Source of the DNA: Callorhinchus milii
Taxonomy: Eukaryota
DNA: 64,000 nucleotides
Assembly: GCF_018977255.1 (NCBI RefSeq)
Contig: NW_024704742.1
Location: 19,470,001-19,534,000, forward strand
Direction of reading: 5' to 3'
A model generated the notes under the pieces. It worked only from the letters and a program-made list of their open reading frames with translations, ran no database searches and had not been told where the DNA came from. Position numbers and translations under genes: made by a program. Below are positions 51,953 to 63,193 of this stretch, piece by piece. The stretch's first letter is position 1. Each line of letters opens with the position of its first letter.

Positions 51953-52228
51953 AATACTCCCTGCATTTAACAGAGCACTTCATCAAGTCTTCGTGACATC
52001 TCAAAGCGCTTCACAAAATACACTGTAAAGTGAATTGACTGTATTTTGTGGGCAAAATACGGCAGCCAATTTGTCACATCCCCGGAAAGCGATTTGCCAA
52101 TCGACTAACAACTGGGTTCCTACTTACTGCTAGGTAAACAGAGGCATGTGCAGTAAGGAAATCTGCCCAACGTTTTGCCCTGCCAGGAATCAAACCCAGG
52201 TACTCTCGTTTGCGAGGTGAGTGCTCTA
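51953..52228 (-). mobile_element. tRNA-headed SINE, long variant
   Basis: Shares the block aatcgactaacaactgggttcctacttactgctaggtaaacag with 33340-33390. Confidence 0.9.
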
Positions 52229-52987
52229 TGATGTATCTTGAAGTTTATAAGCCAGCGCAGAACACAAATTTAGCACTTCAGCTACAGGTGAAACTTTCGA
52301 GAAATCTCATGACTATTCAGTCTTTGGGAGATAGGAACTGATGAAACAAACCAATTGGTATTTTATTACTTAAGGCCTGTGAGTCTGAGGTTTTTTTTTG
52401 CTCAAGACCCGTTAGATTCGGAATCATTCTGAGAGTTTATTTGTACAGGACAATTACGTTCCCGAAATTTTATCTCAACAGTTGTAGAGAGTTAAGGATG
52501 GAATCTGGACAATAAAATAATACAAACTGCCTAAATCCGATTGAAATTCCATTGGCTTTTTTGGCATAAAAAAATCCTTGGTTTGGCTGGAAAAACCTTA
52601 ATTGGGTCTAATTAATGTTTGAGGTTCATACCATAATTAGTTTACATTGTACATTTCATAATTTGTGCTGTTTTAAGACACAAGCATCTGTTTTAAGATA
52701 TGGAACATGTTCCTTTAAGTGAAATGATCTTTATTTTTGTGATCTTTACCTTCTGCAATAAATATCTCAGTTTTCTGCTAGTTGGTGCAGCATCTCCTAT
52801 TAGATCTTCTTCTGCCTAGATGCTCTCTTTCCCACAAAGAATGTAAATCCCACATTTCTCAACCAGTCTTGAGGAGAGAAACGCCTAGAAGAGGAATACT
52901 GTACATGGCAGCCATTGTTGCTATTGATAAGGAAGCACTCAAAAAGACACTTTCACAGTTTCTGGATATTGAAAACATGGTAGATAT

Positions 52988-53150
52988 TAATAATAATAGT
53001 AATAATAGTAATAATAATACTAATCCTTGCATTTGATAGACCTTATCACGTCGTTGAGATGCATTGAGTCTCAACGTGCTTCACAGAATATATGCTAAAG
53101 TGGATAGACTGTCTATTTTTTTGGCAAATATTTGACAGTAATTGGTTACA
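52988..53150 (-). mobile_element. SINE 3' tail with expanded (aat)n
   Basis: (aat)n-ccttgcatttgata...cttcacagaata. Confidence 0.85.
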
Positions 53151-54287
53151 TTATGATCCCAGTCATTGCTCCCTATTTTGGTATGTCCCGGATATATGAA
53201 AGCACTTTGAATGTACTCCAAAATCTCTTTGATTGACTTCGATTAACTTCTAAAATTGACGCCTTTTCCTCCAGGTAACTCTGAGTTCATCTGCGCAACC
53301 AATGGTACTTGGAACCGTTGCTTTCCCCTCATCTATTCCTGTTCCATCACCTAGAATTCACAACAATGACACTTTTCGTAACTCCCATGGCTTTCAACAT
53401 GGGAACACAAAATGATCACCATTAGTGGCAGAGGAGTGGCAGGCTACAGATGGAGTTCCACCAAGCAGCATCAAAGAGGCCAAGCCATACATCACAATCT
53501 TTCTAGCAGAGGCTAGAAGAAACCAAGGTCTGAAAAATCTGTCAATGAAAACCTGACGTTTACTAAGATTATAGGTTATCTAAAGTAATTCCTTCCTAAT
53601 GGATACCGCCTCATCTATTTGAGTTACAGCTGCCTTCACAGTTCAGAAACTTCAATAGACTTCAGAAAATACTTGAACAATGGTTTAAGACTCTTGTAGA
53701 AAGTTTGCAGCCCCTAAAATATCTTCTGTCATCTTATTTTATAGAATAGAATGACCTGCTGTAGTATTGAACGTTTTTACACACTAATGGTGACAGTAAA
53801 TGCCGTAAGTAGATCATTATTTTAATTCTTAAAATGCTTATAGTCATTTATTGGGGCATGTTTATGTATCTGTGTATTTATTTAAAATCTATTCAGGTAG
53901 TGATGCTTGAGTGATACAGATGTGGGGTACGTTGGTTTTAATGGCATTATTTACTCTCTACTCTTAATTTGCCAAACAATGTAAAATCTTTGCAACAAAC
54001 TTTTAATTTTAATGACAAGTATAAAAAGAGACTTTGATACTCACAATAAATGATATTTCTGTTTTATCCAACTGCAAATATTTACCTTTCTGTATTTTTC
54101 ACTAATGGAATTAGAGGGAAAGTTTTGTCTTTAAGAATTTCTATGTATTTGTAGATTTGTATTAAAGATTTGGTAACACCACCCCAGCTGCAATTGAGTA
54201 ATTTTTTTCAACATTTCATTCACTATTTGCAGATTACAGATTGACAAAACCGTTAGGGTTTTGATGATTCAAGATGCAGTATAAAGT

Positions 54288-54975
54288 GGAGTCTGTAGTG
54301 CATTAGTTAGAGCACTCAGCTCGTAAGCAAGAGGACCTAGGTTTGATTCCTGGTCAGGTGAAACCTTAGGCATGTTTGCTCCACCTGCCTCTGTTTACCT
54401 TGCAGTAAGTAGGAACCCAGTTGTTAGTCAATTGGCTGATTGCTTTCCAGGGGTAATAATCCCTTCAAAAAAATTGATTACTCAATTCACCATAATAATA
54501 ATAATAATAATAATCCTTGCATTTGATATAGCGCTTTTCACGTCAGGAGGACGTCCCAAAGCGCTTCACAGAACACACTGTAAAGTGAATTGACTGTATA
54601 TTTGTGGGCGAACGCGGCAGCCAATTGCGCACAGCAATGTCCCACAAACAGTCGTAGATTGAAAATGACCAATTTAATTATTGTTTTTGGTTTTTTGGAG
54701 GGATTATTATTAGGCTCTGTGTGGAGTAAGGAAACTTGCCCAAGGTTTCGCCCTCTGCCTGGAATTGAACTCAGGTCTCTCGCTTGCAAAGCGAGTGCTC
54801 TAACCACTGAGCTACAGGACTCCAATTGCGAACAGCACTGTTCCACAAACCATCTGTTTGTGGAACAGTGCTGTTCGCAATTGACTGCCGAGTTTCGCCC
54901 ACAAAATATACACTTTGTGATGTCTCAATGATGTGATAAGTGCTATATCAAATACACAGATTATTATTATTATAA
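54288..54975 (+). mobile_element. Older long-variant SINE split by a young antisense SINE
   Basis: Head and internal block at 54288-54491; body resumes at about 54854 and runs to the (att)n tail at 54973. Confidence 0.85.
54493..54823 (-). mobile_element. Full-length young tRNA-Ala-headed SINE
   Basis: CpG-rich; ggagtcctgtagctcagtggttagagcactcgctttgcaagcgagagacctgagttcaattcc; tail nearly identical to the L2 tail at 44215-44250. Confidence 0.95.
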
Positions 54976-55894
54976 AAGCAGACGTAGTCAGACAGCATGA
55001 GTTCTTAAATCAATAGCAAGTGCTATTTGAATGTTTTGAATGTTGTTTACTGAGTGAGATTGTTTACTTTCTGCTCCAGCCATGGATAGCTTCTCCACTT
55101 GTATGGTATCAAGGTGGACTTGAATGAACTGTCAGTGTATCTCTCCCATGCCAGCCTGCCCTCTTCCTGCCCTGTTCTAGGGTAGATGTATACCCCCCAG
55201 GAATAGTTGAGCACAAATAAACCAGCGTAAAACTATCCCACAGACTGACATTAACTCTTTCAACATGTCTCCCAGAATTTCAAGCTCTTTGTATATTATT
55301 GGTGAATTATATCTAGTGATAGAATTATCTGTAAATAAAACAAGTGTTTTACTACATAATCTGCTAGTCAAAGCCATAATGTCAGTCTTCAGAAGGACTT
55401 GGTGTCATGTAGGGAGCATTGAACGCTTCCAAGAAAAAAAATAGATTTATTGTTGGCCTGGGTCATGCCCTGCCTGTGTAGCCAGAGTTCAGATTCACTG
55501 CAGATTTCCGAGAACGTAGGGGATGAGAGAGTTGGCTTTACAGGATCTGCTGGGGAGATGGATGAAAAGAAACAGTGCTCCTTAAAAAAGATCAAAAAGA
55601 ATAAGGACACAAAAAATATAAATAATTTGCTTTGCAACCCAAGAATAACCTTCTAAAAGAACGACAAAGTATTGTTTGGACTCAGTCAGGCTGGTGCGTC
55701 TGTTTTCAGGTACTACCAACATAAGCTAAAATAAGTCTCTTTTCAAACATTTCTATGAGAGAAATATGTCTGGCATTTCTTTTCAAGTGAAGGATATATC
55801 CAGCTGGGTCGCTTTCTTGGTTGAGGAACTTTGTGACCAGACATTTTTCAAGATGTAAAAAGACATTGATTGCGAAATTGAATCAAAGTCTAAA

Positions 55895-56560
55895 AGAGAT
55901 GAAAGCAAAAGTTAGGAGGCATAGTAAGCTGTACTGATGCAAAACAGAAGTTATCAAAGGATATAGACAGGTTAAGTTGGTTGGCAAAACTATGGCAGAT
56001 GGAGTTCAAGGTGGGGAAGTGGGAGGGCATCAAATTTGGCTCCAAGAATGACAGATCAGAGTATTGTTTCAATGGAGGAAGACTAGGAAGTGTGGAAGAG
56101 CAAAGGGATTGAGGTGTCCAAGTACACAAGTCACAAAGGCTAGTGCACAGATACAGAAAGCAATCAAAAAGTTTAATGGGATATTGGCCTTTATCTCAAG
56201 GGGGTTGGAATACAAAACCATGAATTGATGCTTCAATTGTACAGAGTCTTGGTCAGACCTCAACTGGAGATACTATGATCAGTTTTGGGCACTGCACCCC
56301 AGAAAGGATATAACGGCATAGAATCACCAGAATGATACTGGGGAACGAAAGAGTTAATTTATAAGCAGGGTTGCATAAACTTGGAGTTCAAAAGATTGAG
56401 GGGTGACCTAATGATCGTGGGGGGAGAGGAGCGGGGTGGCAGTATGTTTAAAATATAAAGAACTTGATAAGATAGAAATAAATTATTTTTTCTAGTGAGG
56501 GAATCTCAAGGACAAGAGAGCATAATCTTAAAATCAAAGCTCAGCCAGGTAGGAGTGAAT
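55895..56560 (+). mobile_element. CR1 LINE RT C-terminal relic
   Basis: DES-KKLGGIV, DIDRLSWLAKLWQMEFKVGK, EEQRD*GV and LYRVLVRPQLE-like motifs, with frameshifts. Confidence 0.9.
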
Positions 56561-56599
56561 TCTCTCCTGCAAAAGCCAGTGGATGCTGGGTCAATGGTG

Positions 56600-56765
56600 A
56601 CCAGTTGCACACAGCAATGTCCCACAAACAGTTATGGAATGACCAATTGTATTTTGGAGGGATTGTTGGCCAAAACACCAAGAGAAACTCCCTTCTCTTT
56701 TTGAATAGTGCCGTGGGATCTTTAACATCTAACTAAACGGGCAATTGATACCTCCATCTTCATCC
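56600..56765 (-). mobile_element. Old Deu-domain SINE fragment
   Basis: gcacacagcaatgtcccacaaacag...gaatagtgccgtgggatctttaacatc. Confidence 0.82.
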
Positions 56766-57099
56766 ATAGCACGTCAATTGAATAGCGGTATTTTACAATG
56801 ATCCGCTTGAATCCAGTTTTTCATTTGTTCGTACAAAAAATATTCAAATAAATGTAGTTATTGGGTTGTAAACGTTGAAATGTCGCTAGTCCCTCAAAAG
56901 CAGAGCAGGACATGAAAGAACTGAGAGCATCTTGGATCAGAGATGTCATGGATCAGTATGAATTACAAGGGAGTCCCTGCAGGAGATGCACTTGTGATAG
57001 TCACACAGCAGTTTTCTTGTTTTAACTACTTTTCAACCGCATTGAGTCAAAGAAGAGATGCACATTTGTTACGCCAGAAGGATGCTGGTTACGCCTCAG

Positions 57100-57556
57100 T
57101 TGCAGTACTGAGTTCAGTTTTGGGCACCGCATTTTAGGAAAGAGGTTAGGGCATTGGAGAGGGTGCAAAGGAGGTTTACCAGCATGGTACCAGGAATGAA
57201 GGACCTTAGTTATGAGGAGAAGTTAGCAAAACTAGGATTATCCTCCCTAGAGCAGAGAAGATTAAGAAGGGATTTAATAGAGGTTTTCAAGATCATGAGA
57301 GAATTTGATAGGTTGAACAGGGAAAAACTGTTTCCACTGGCATGTGGGTCAGTAACCCGAGGACACCGATTTGGAAGCCGATTCAATAACAACTTTTAAG
57401 AGAGAAGTAGATGGGTATTTGGGGAGAACAGGATTGTAGGGCAATGGAGAGAAAGCAGGCCAGTGGGATTGAGTTGGAGTGCTCTTTTCAGAGCTGGTGC
57501 AGACATGATGGGCCGAATGGCCTCTTTCTGTGCTGTTTGATTTTATGATTCTATGA
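57100..57556 (+). mobile_element. CR1 LINE 3' end
   Basis: LERVQRRFTSMVPGMKDLSYEEKLAKLGLSSLEQRRLRRDLIEVFKIM (CR1 ORF2 C-terminus); gattctatg tail. Confidence 0.95.
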
Positions 57557-58282
57557 AGTTATCAGTAGTGAGGTAACAATGTTAGCGGTAATAAAATAGA
57601 AACACAATGACCTATGATGGTAAGACAGGCTGCCTTCACCTTGATATTAATTCAGTAATGCTGATGTGAATCAAGCATGTCAATAGAGCATCACCTCCTG
57701 GGGCAAGATGTCATCTTACTCACAAAATGAGGCGTTTTTGTTTGGTGAAGAATGTAAGAGAAGAACAAGTCAATCAATGCTTCAAAGCTCAAAACTTCAT
57801 GACCCTTTCTTAACTAAATAGATAGTATGCAGTTTATTTTAGAATGCCCTAATATTTTTCCTTCTGCTACCCTATCTGGGTATATTGATGGGGGAAAAGA
57901 GGAATGTCCACTAACCTCTGTAACTCCCCACTTCAATACGTCCACTCCACCCCTCCACCCCCCCATCTATCTTTAAATCCCACTTTAACCAACATTTTCA
58001 ACCACTGTACTCACCTCCCCTCCCCTCCCCTTCTCCCTTGCTCGGTGACCAACTCCGCCACTGCACAGTGCTGCAAAACACTATTTTGCATGAAGGGTTA
58101 ATGCAAGTTGTAATTTAATTTGTTGATGTGATAATTGTCACTACTTACTTATAGTTATTAGAAATTAGAAATAGTAATTGTTTTCATGTCTTTAACAATC
58201 TGTTCTAACAATAGATTTGGGACTGAACAGTCCTCTCCTGCTGTCGAGAGAATGTTTTTTCTTTCCAGGCAAGATTTATCTC

Positions 58283-58390
58283 ACAAACTACACAGTCACT
58301 CCACTTTACAGTATACTCTGTGAAGCACTTTGAGACGTCTCGAAAACGTGATAAGACGCTATATCAAACACGAGGATTATTATTATTATA
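58283..58390 (+). mobile_element. SINE 3' fragment
   Basis: cactttacagtatactctgtgaagcactttgagacgtc...(att)n. Confidence 0.88.
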
Positions 58391-59179
58391 AATCGTAACT
58401 TGAAGAATCGTCAGCATTGTTTTAGTGAGTGAGCTCACCAAATCTTTATACATGGCCAAGTGCAGTCTTTAACCTTTCATTTAAATTGTGACCTTAATTT
58501 TAAAACAATGGTTGACACGGTAGAATGGCTGCTCCCAAGACCCAGAATAATTTCATCCCATCACTTATGTCCCTACATAAGTTTTTTCTACTTTTTGTTT
58601 CAATTTGAAATAATATGATAACATACACAGCACCTTCAGTGGCTATTGTTCTGAACCTCGATATGTTTGGGCGAAGCAAGTATATGATTTTCACATTGGA
58701 ATAATTAGAAACCCATATTTGTTATGTTCAATTGGTTTGGCTGACAACTCCCTGTCTACGTGGAGACTGCTCGCTACAGCCAGCACGCTGAGAATGTTTT
58801 AGAAAAATACATTAGTTTGCCAGCCTTCTGGCCTATTGCATCTATCAGCTCCCGAATGCAGATGGCACACTGCTTTGAGCAATACCGCTCTAATCTTCCC
58901 CAGATGCTTGGAAAAACCCTGTAGCAAAGATAAATCACTGGATGTGGTGACTTTTACAGATACAGGCAGAGCGGTTCAGCAGATTTAGAGCCAGTATTTG
59001 ACATAGCTTTACAATTCCCCTGAAGATTAGCCTGAAACTCTTTATGCACTTTTCCACAGATAATCTGAGATTTTTTCACCTGGATATGTTTTTCTCCTAA
59101 TCAGCCTCTTTGTGCTTGCATCTCCTGTTCACCCCATTCTTACTCTGAGAGGACAATGGTTACTATCGGCATATAACAT

Positions 59180-59435
59180 GACAACGTCAACAACTTGCAC
59201 TTATAGGAAGCCTTTCATGTAAGATAATATCTTAAAGTGCTTAACAGAGATGAAGTGGAAGCTAAGTAAGGCGAGAAATAAGGATGTAGGTGGAAGTTGA
59301 CCAAAGACACAGTTGAAGGGGTAGATTGTTAGAAAGGTTTTGAAAGTAGAGAATGAGGGTGAAAGGCAGAATGAGTTTAGGAGTGAATTCCAGAGAGCAG
59401 GAGAATACTTACCCTCCAATAATGGGGCAGAGGAG
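59180..59435 (-). mobile_element. Old L2 3' relic
   Basis: ALWNSLLNSFCLSPSFSTFKTFLT-like motif; (caa)n tail. Confidence 0.7.
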
Positions 59436-60299
59436 ACATTCTTGCATTCTTGCATTAATTGGCAATGTTATTCTTGCATTGCCAATTAATCTGTTTTGAA
59501 TTTGATTCATTGTGATAAAGTAATAGGGTAAATGGTTTCGAAGCTCCAGTGATTTAAGACTCTGAAGCTTATCGTTTGACTGCTGGGTATCTATAGGTAG
59601 AGACACTATCAGCTCTTGAAGGACTGCTGGCGTTTTTACACCTCCGTAAATCTCTTTTAGGCTTTCTCTTCCTCCCTTAATCTGAAACTCACAGGAGAGA
59701 TTGAGAGGATCCCATCCGACTATTTGTAAGGCAACCAAAAGCACTTTAAATAAAGCTATTCTCAACTTGCGAATTGGCCAGAGGGACCATGAAAATAAAA
59801 AGAGGTAAGAAATAAATTTGAAGGTTAAAAATAGAAAATAGAGGTCAAAAAGGAAAATGAGGTAGAATATTATGTTGAAAAAAAGTTCCAATTATAGAAT
59901 TTTTAAAAAGTGCCCAGCAAAGATAGAAACCAACCACTTGGGCTATCGTGTCCGTGCTGATCTGGGCTCCCGTACTGGAGTTATGGAGGAGGGGTGCTTA
60001 TATAGTATGTGGATGAGGTAACAGCATAATTAATGTAACATTAGTGCTATTTTTAGCTTCAGCATATTTGAAAAGGTACTGAACTGGTCAGTTCATAGAG
60101 ACAGGCATCTCTGAAGAGCTGCCAACAGTCTGTAGATTGATATGACTCGCCAACACATAACCAATCTAATCAACATCTTCAGTTCACGAGCAGGAAGTGT
60201 TCACTGTTGCCCTAATCGCTCATTGGAAAATATAGAGTCATACTTACCAACGCCAAAAAAAGGCTGCTCCAATTTTCCCAATAAGGTGTTTTTGGTAGG

Positions 60300-60416
60300 T
60301 TTGGCTGCCACATTTTGCCCACAAAATATACTTTACAGTATATTCTGTGAAGACATCTTGAAGACATGATAAGGCACTATATCAAATGCAAGGATTATTA
60401 TTATTATTATTATTAT
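60300..60416 (+). mobile_element. SINE 3' fragment
   Basis: ttggctgccacattttgcccacaaaatata...aaatgcaagg(att)n. Confidence 0.88.
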
Positions 60417-60819
60417 GGATGTTACTGAGCATCTAAAAGTAAGATGTCTTAAAAACAGAACAAATGTTTTGGATATTGTTGATCTATTCGTGCAATTGCA
60501 GGACATTCACATAATCACAAGGCACATGTCACAGAAACACTGCTGGGACTTAAAGTGACTCACCAATACAAATTTGTCTTAATTTCAATAAGCAAGAAGT
60601 TCTTGTTGGACATTATAGAGCAATGGTCCTAAACTTGCAGTTCACAGTTCATCTACCTTCTCAGATCCCACAGTTGAAATGCAAAGGTCTCTCATTGACA
60701 GGCATGTGGTGTCAAACAGAGGAAGAGGCTGAAAATAATTTATCAGTGACCACTGCTGAATGAATATGGCCCTTTCGCATCAACTGGAAAGTTGCATTTC
60801 AGTTATGGGCCAGCCCTCC

Positions 60820-61225
60820 AGTTCTGATCACTGCTGATGACTGGACAGCCAGCCTGGCTCATTGGCAGAACCTGGAACAGCAGATCAGTCACTGGGGCAG
60901 GAAGTCCTCACAGTCAACTCTTGTTAACCCACAAGTCAAAGCCCTAACCAGTAGAGTAGTCCTAGCGGACAAACAGTGGGAAAGCTTGACAGATAGTGCA
61001 CACTCTGGGGTCCTCAAGCCTTGTCTCTTGCCAACCTGCACCTAATATTTTCCAAGATTGAGTAAGAAGAATGAGTTCCTCCATGGAGAGAGTGCGGATT
61101 CCATTCTATCTCTGGAATTTGCATTCGTAGGTGGGATGCTTGCATTTCTTAGTTTGGTTTGGATATTCTTTAGAGTGATGATGGTTTTCCGCATGTGTTA
61201 GATACCTGGCTGATCAAATAAAAAG
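60820..61225 (+). repeat. Family D repeat
   Basis: Ends gcatgtgttagatacctggctgatcaaataaaaa; colinear with 4955-5360. Confidence 0.82.
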
Positions 61226-61409
61226 AGCCACATGACAAAAAGCTTGTCCCTGTTCTGTTTTCTAGAATAGTAAAGGAAATGTATGGTCTCACAGGCCATG
61301 CTAATTCATGAAGCATTACTCCCACCATCTAGTTGAGTTGCAGAAACAGCAATAACACTTCTTCCGGACACTTTCTCTAATTAATCTCTGTATCTTTCAA
61401 ACAACTTGT

Positions 61410-61680
61410 CTGCCTGTTCAGGTGGATATTAAAGATCTTGTGACACTGCTCGAAAAGAGAAGGGAGTTTCTCCCCGATGTCTTGGCTGACAATCCGTCCA
61501 ACCCCACAAAAAAAAATTGGTCATTCACTCCACGGCTGTTTGTGAGAAATTGCTGTGCTCAAATTGGCTGTCAAATTTGCCCAGAAATACACAGTGACTA
61601 CATTTCACGGTAATACCCTGTGCTTTAAGGCATCTTGACAACTTGACAAGGCACTATATCAAATGCAAGGATTATTATAA
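61410..61680 (+). mobile_element. Old Deu-domain SINE 3' half
   Basis: caggtggatattaaagatcttgtgacactg...gggagtttctccccgatgtcttggc plus tail. Confidence 0.82.
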
Positions 61681-61824
61681 CTTTCAAAATATGCCTTTCA
61701 TCAAAAAAAAATCATAAATCTTCTAAAGTAAGGCAATATCAAATAATTGTACCATGATAATAGAATGTAATAACATATTATGCCAGTTAAAATCCAGTGA
61801 TAAAAGTTGTTCTTTACAATAAAT

Positions 61825-62320
61825 ATCAACAACAACTTGCATTTATAAAGCGCCCTACATGCCTGGCGGCCTCCCAGAGCACTTAACATTGGCGGTGCCC
61901 GATGCCAAGCCAGGGGGAGGGGGAAGGTGACCATAGGCACGGTCGAAGAGGAAGGTTTTCAGGTACTACCTGATAATGGGGAAAGAGGGGGCAAGGTGAA
62001 GGGATCAAAAAACAAAACAATAATAAATTGGTCATTTTCAATCCATGACTGTTTGTGGGACATTGCTGTGTGCAATTGGCTGCCGCGTTCGCCCACAAAT
62101 ATACAGTCAATTCACTTTACAGTATATTCTGTGAAGCGCTTTGGGACGTCTAGAAGACGTGAAAAGCGCTATATTAAATGCAAGGATTATTATTATTATT
62201 ATCGTGGGAGGGAGTTCCATAGCTTCGGGGCGTAGTGGCTGAAGGCACGGCCGCCGATGATGGAGCGGAGGATTCCAGGGACAAGGAGGAGGCTGGAGCC
62301 AGTAGAGCGGAGATAACGGG
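61825..62320 (-). mobile_element. L2 3' end interrupted by a SINE
   Basis: L2 at 61825-62003 resumes at about 62205 (gggagggagttccatagcttcggggcgtag). Confidence 0.88.
62004..62202 (+). mobile_element. Young SINE 3' two-thirds nested in L2
   Basis: Reverse complement of 41759-41955 with few changes. Confidence 0.93.
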
Positions 62321-63193
62321 CGATATCACAAGATTTCGAGAGATTTGGATGAAGAAGCCTGTTAACCCATTTTGATCTCAGCTTTCCAGTATACCCACCC
62401 TATTGCTTTCTAAATACAGCATCAACAGGGAGAAATTCCACCTAGATTTACAGTATTAATGTAGTATTTTGAAACATTAAGAATTTGACAAATTGTTGAA
62501 TTCAGTCTGAACTTTGAAATCAGTTTTCTTAATAAAATATTTCTTAAAAGAACTTAAAGAAAAATAGCTGTATTTAAGAATTTGCCAAATACTGGATTTT
62601 CTAAAATGATATACAGAGTAAATCTAGACCCAGGTAGAATATCTCCCCAATAGTTATTTCTTAAATAAATCCAACACCCTGGTCTTAACTATTCTTTCTC
62701 GCAACCTGTTCAAATTCTTGATTTATCTTCATGTAAATAAATATTTCTTGATGTCTGTCCCAAAATTGCCTTTCACAACTCTGAAACTGTGACTTCTACC
62801 CTCTTAATTTACTTTATCCATCATATTAATCATTATTTATACTTCCATATCTTTGAGATTATTCTTTTTAAGACTGAAAAGGCTGAACTTATCTAGTCTT
62901 TCTTCAATAGCTCAACCCGCTAATACATTGCTCTCCTTTGCTTGCACCTCACTCCTCTATCCCCTTCACTCAGCTGGCTTCAGCCTCCTGCATGTCCCTC
63001 ATGCCCTCCGTTCCACCATCAGTGGCTGTGCTTTCAGCCACTAAACTCTGGAACTTTCAGTCTCAGTCCCTCCATCCCGCCCCTTATGTCGCTGCTAGAA
63101 CATGATAATGTACAGCTAATTTACATTTCATTAAACACAATATATTGCAGAAAATGTCAACGCCTGCAGCAAGAAATTTGTCTTGCGATTAAT

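Noticed and set aside
52782..53036. ORF containing MAAIVAIDKEALKKTLSQFLDIENM
   Set aside because: Weak splice signals; runs into a SINE (aat)n tail; not recognisable
55389..55637. Minus-strand exon after a pyrimidine tract (ADPVKPTLSSPTFSE...)
   Set aside because: No donor before the stop and no recognisable homology
59409..59891. 160-aa minus-strand ORF
   Set aside because: The N-terminus is a T-rich low-complexity tract, the C-terminus runs into an L2 relic, and no domain is recognisable
60830..60890. ctgatga motif conserved in family D copies, as a hammerhead/retrozyme core
   Set aside because: No stem II closed by GAAA is visible in any copy
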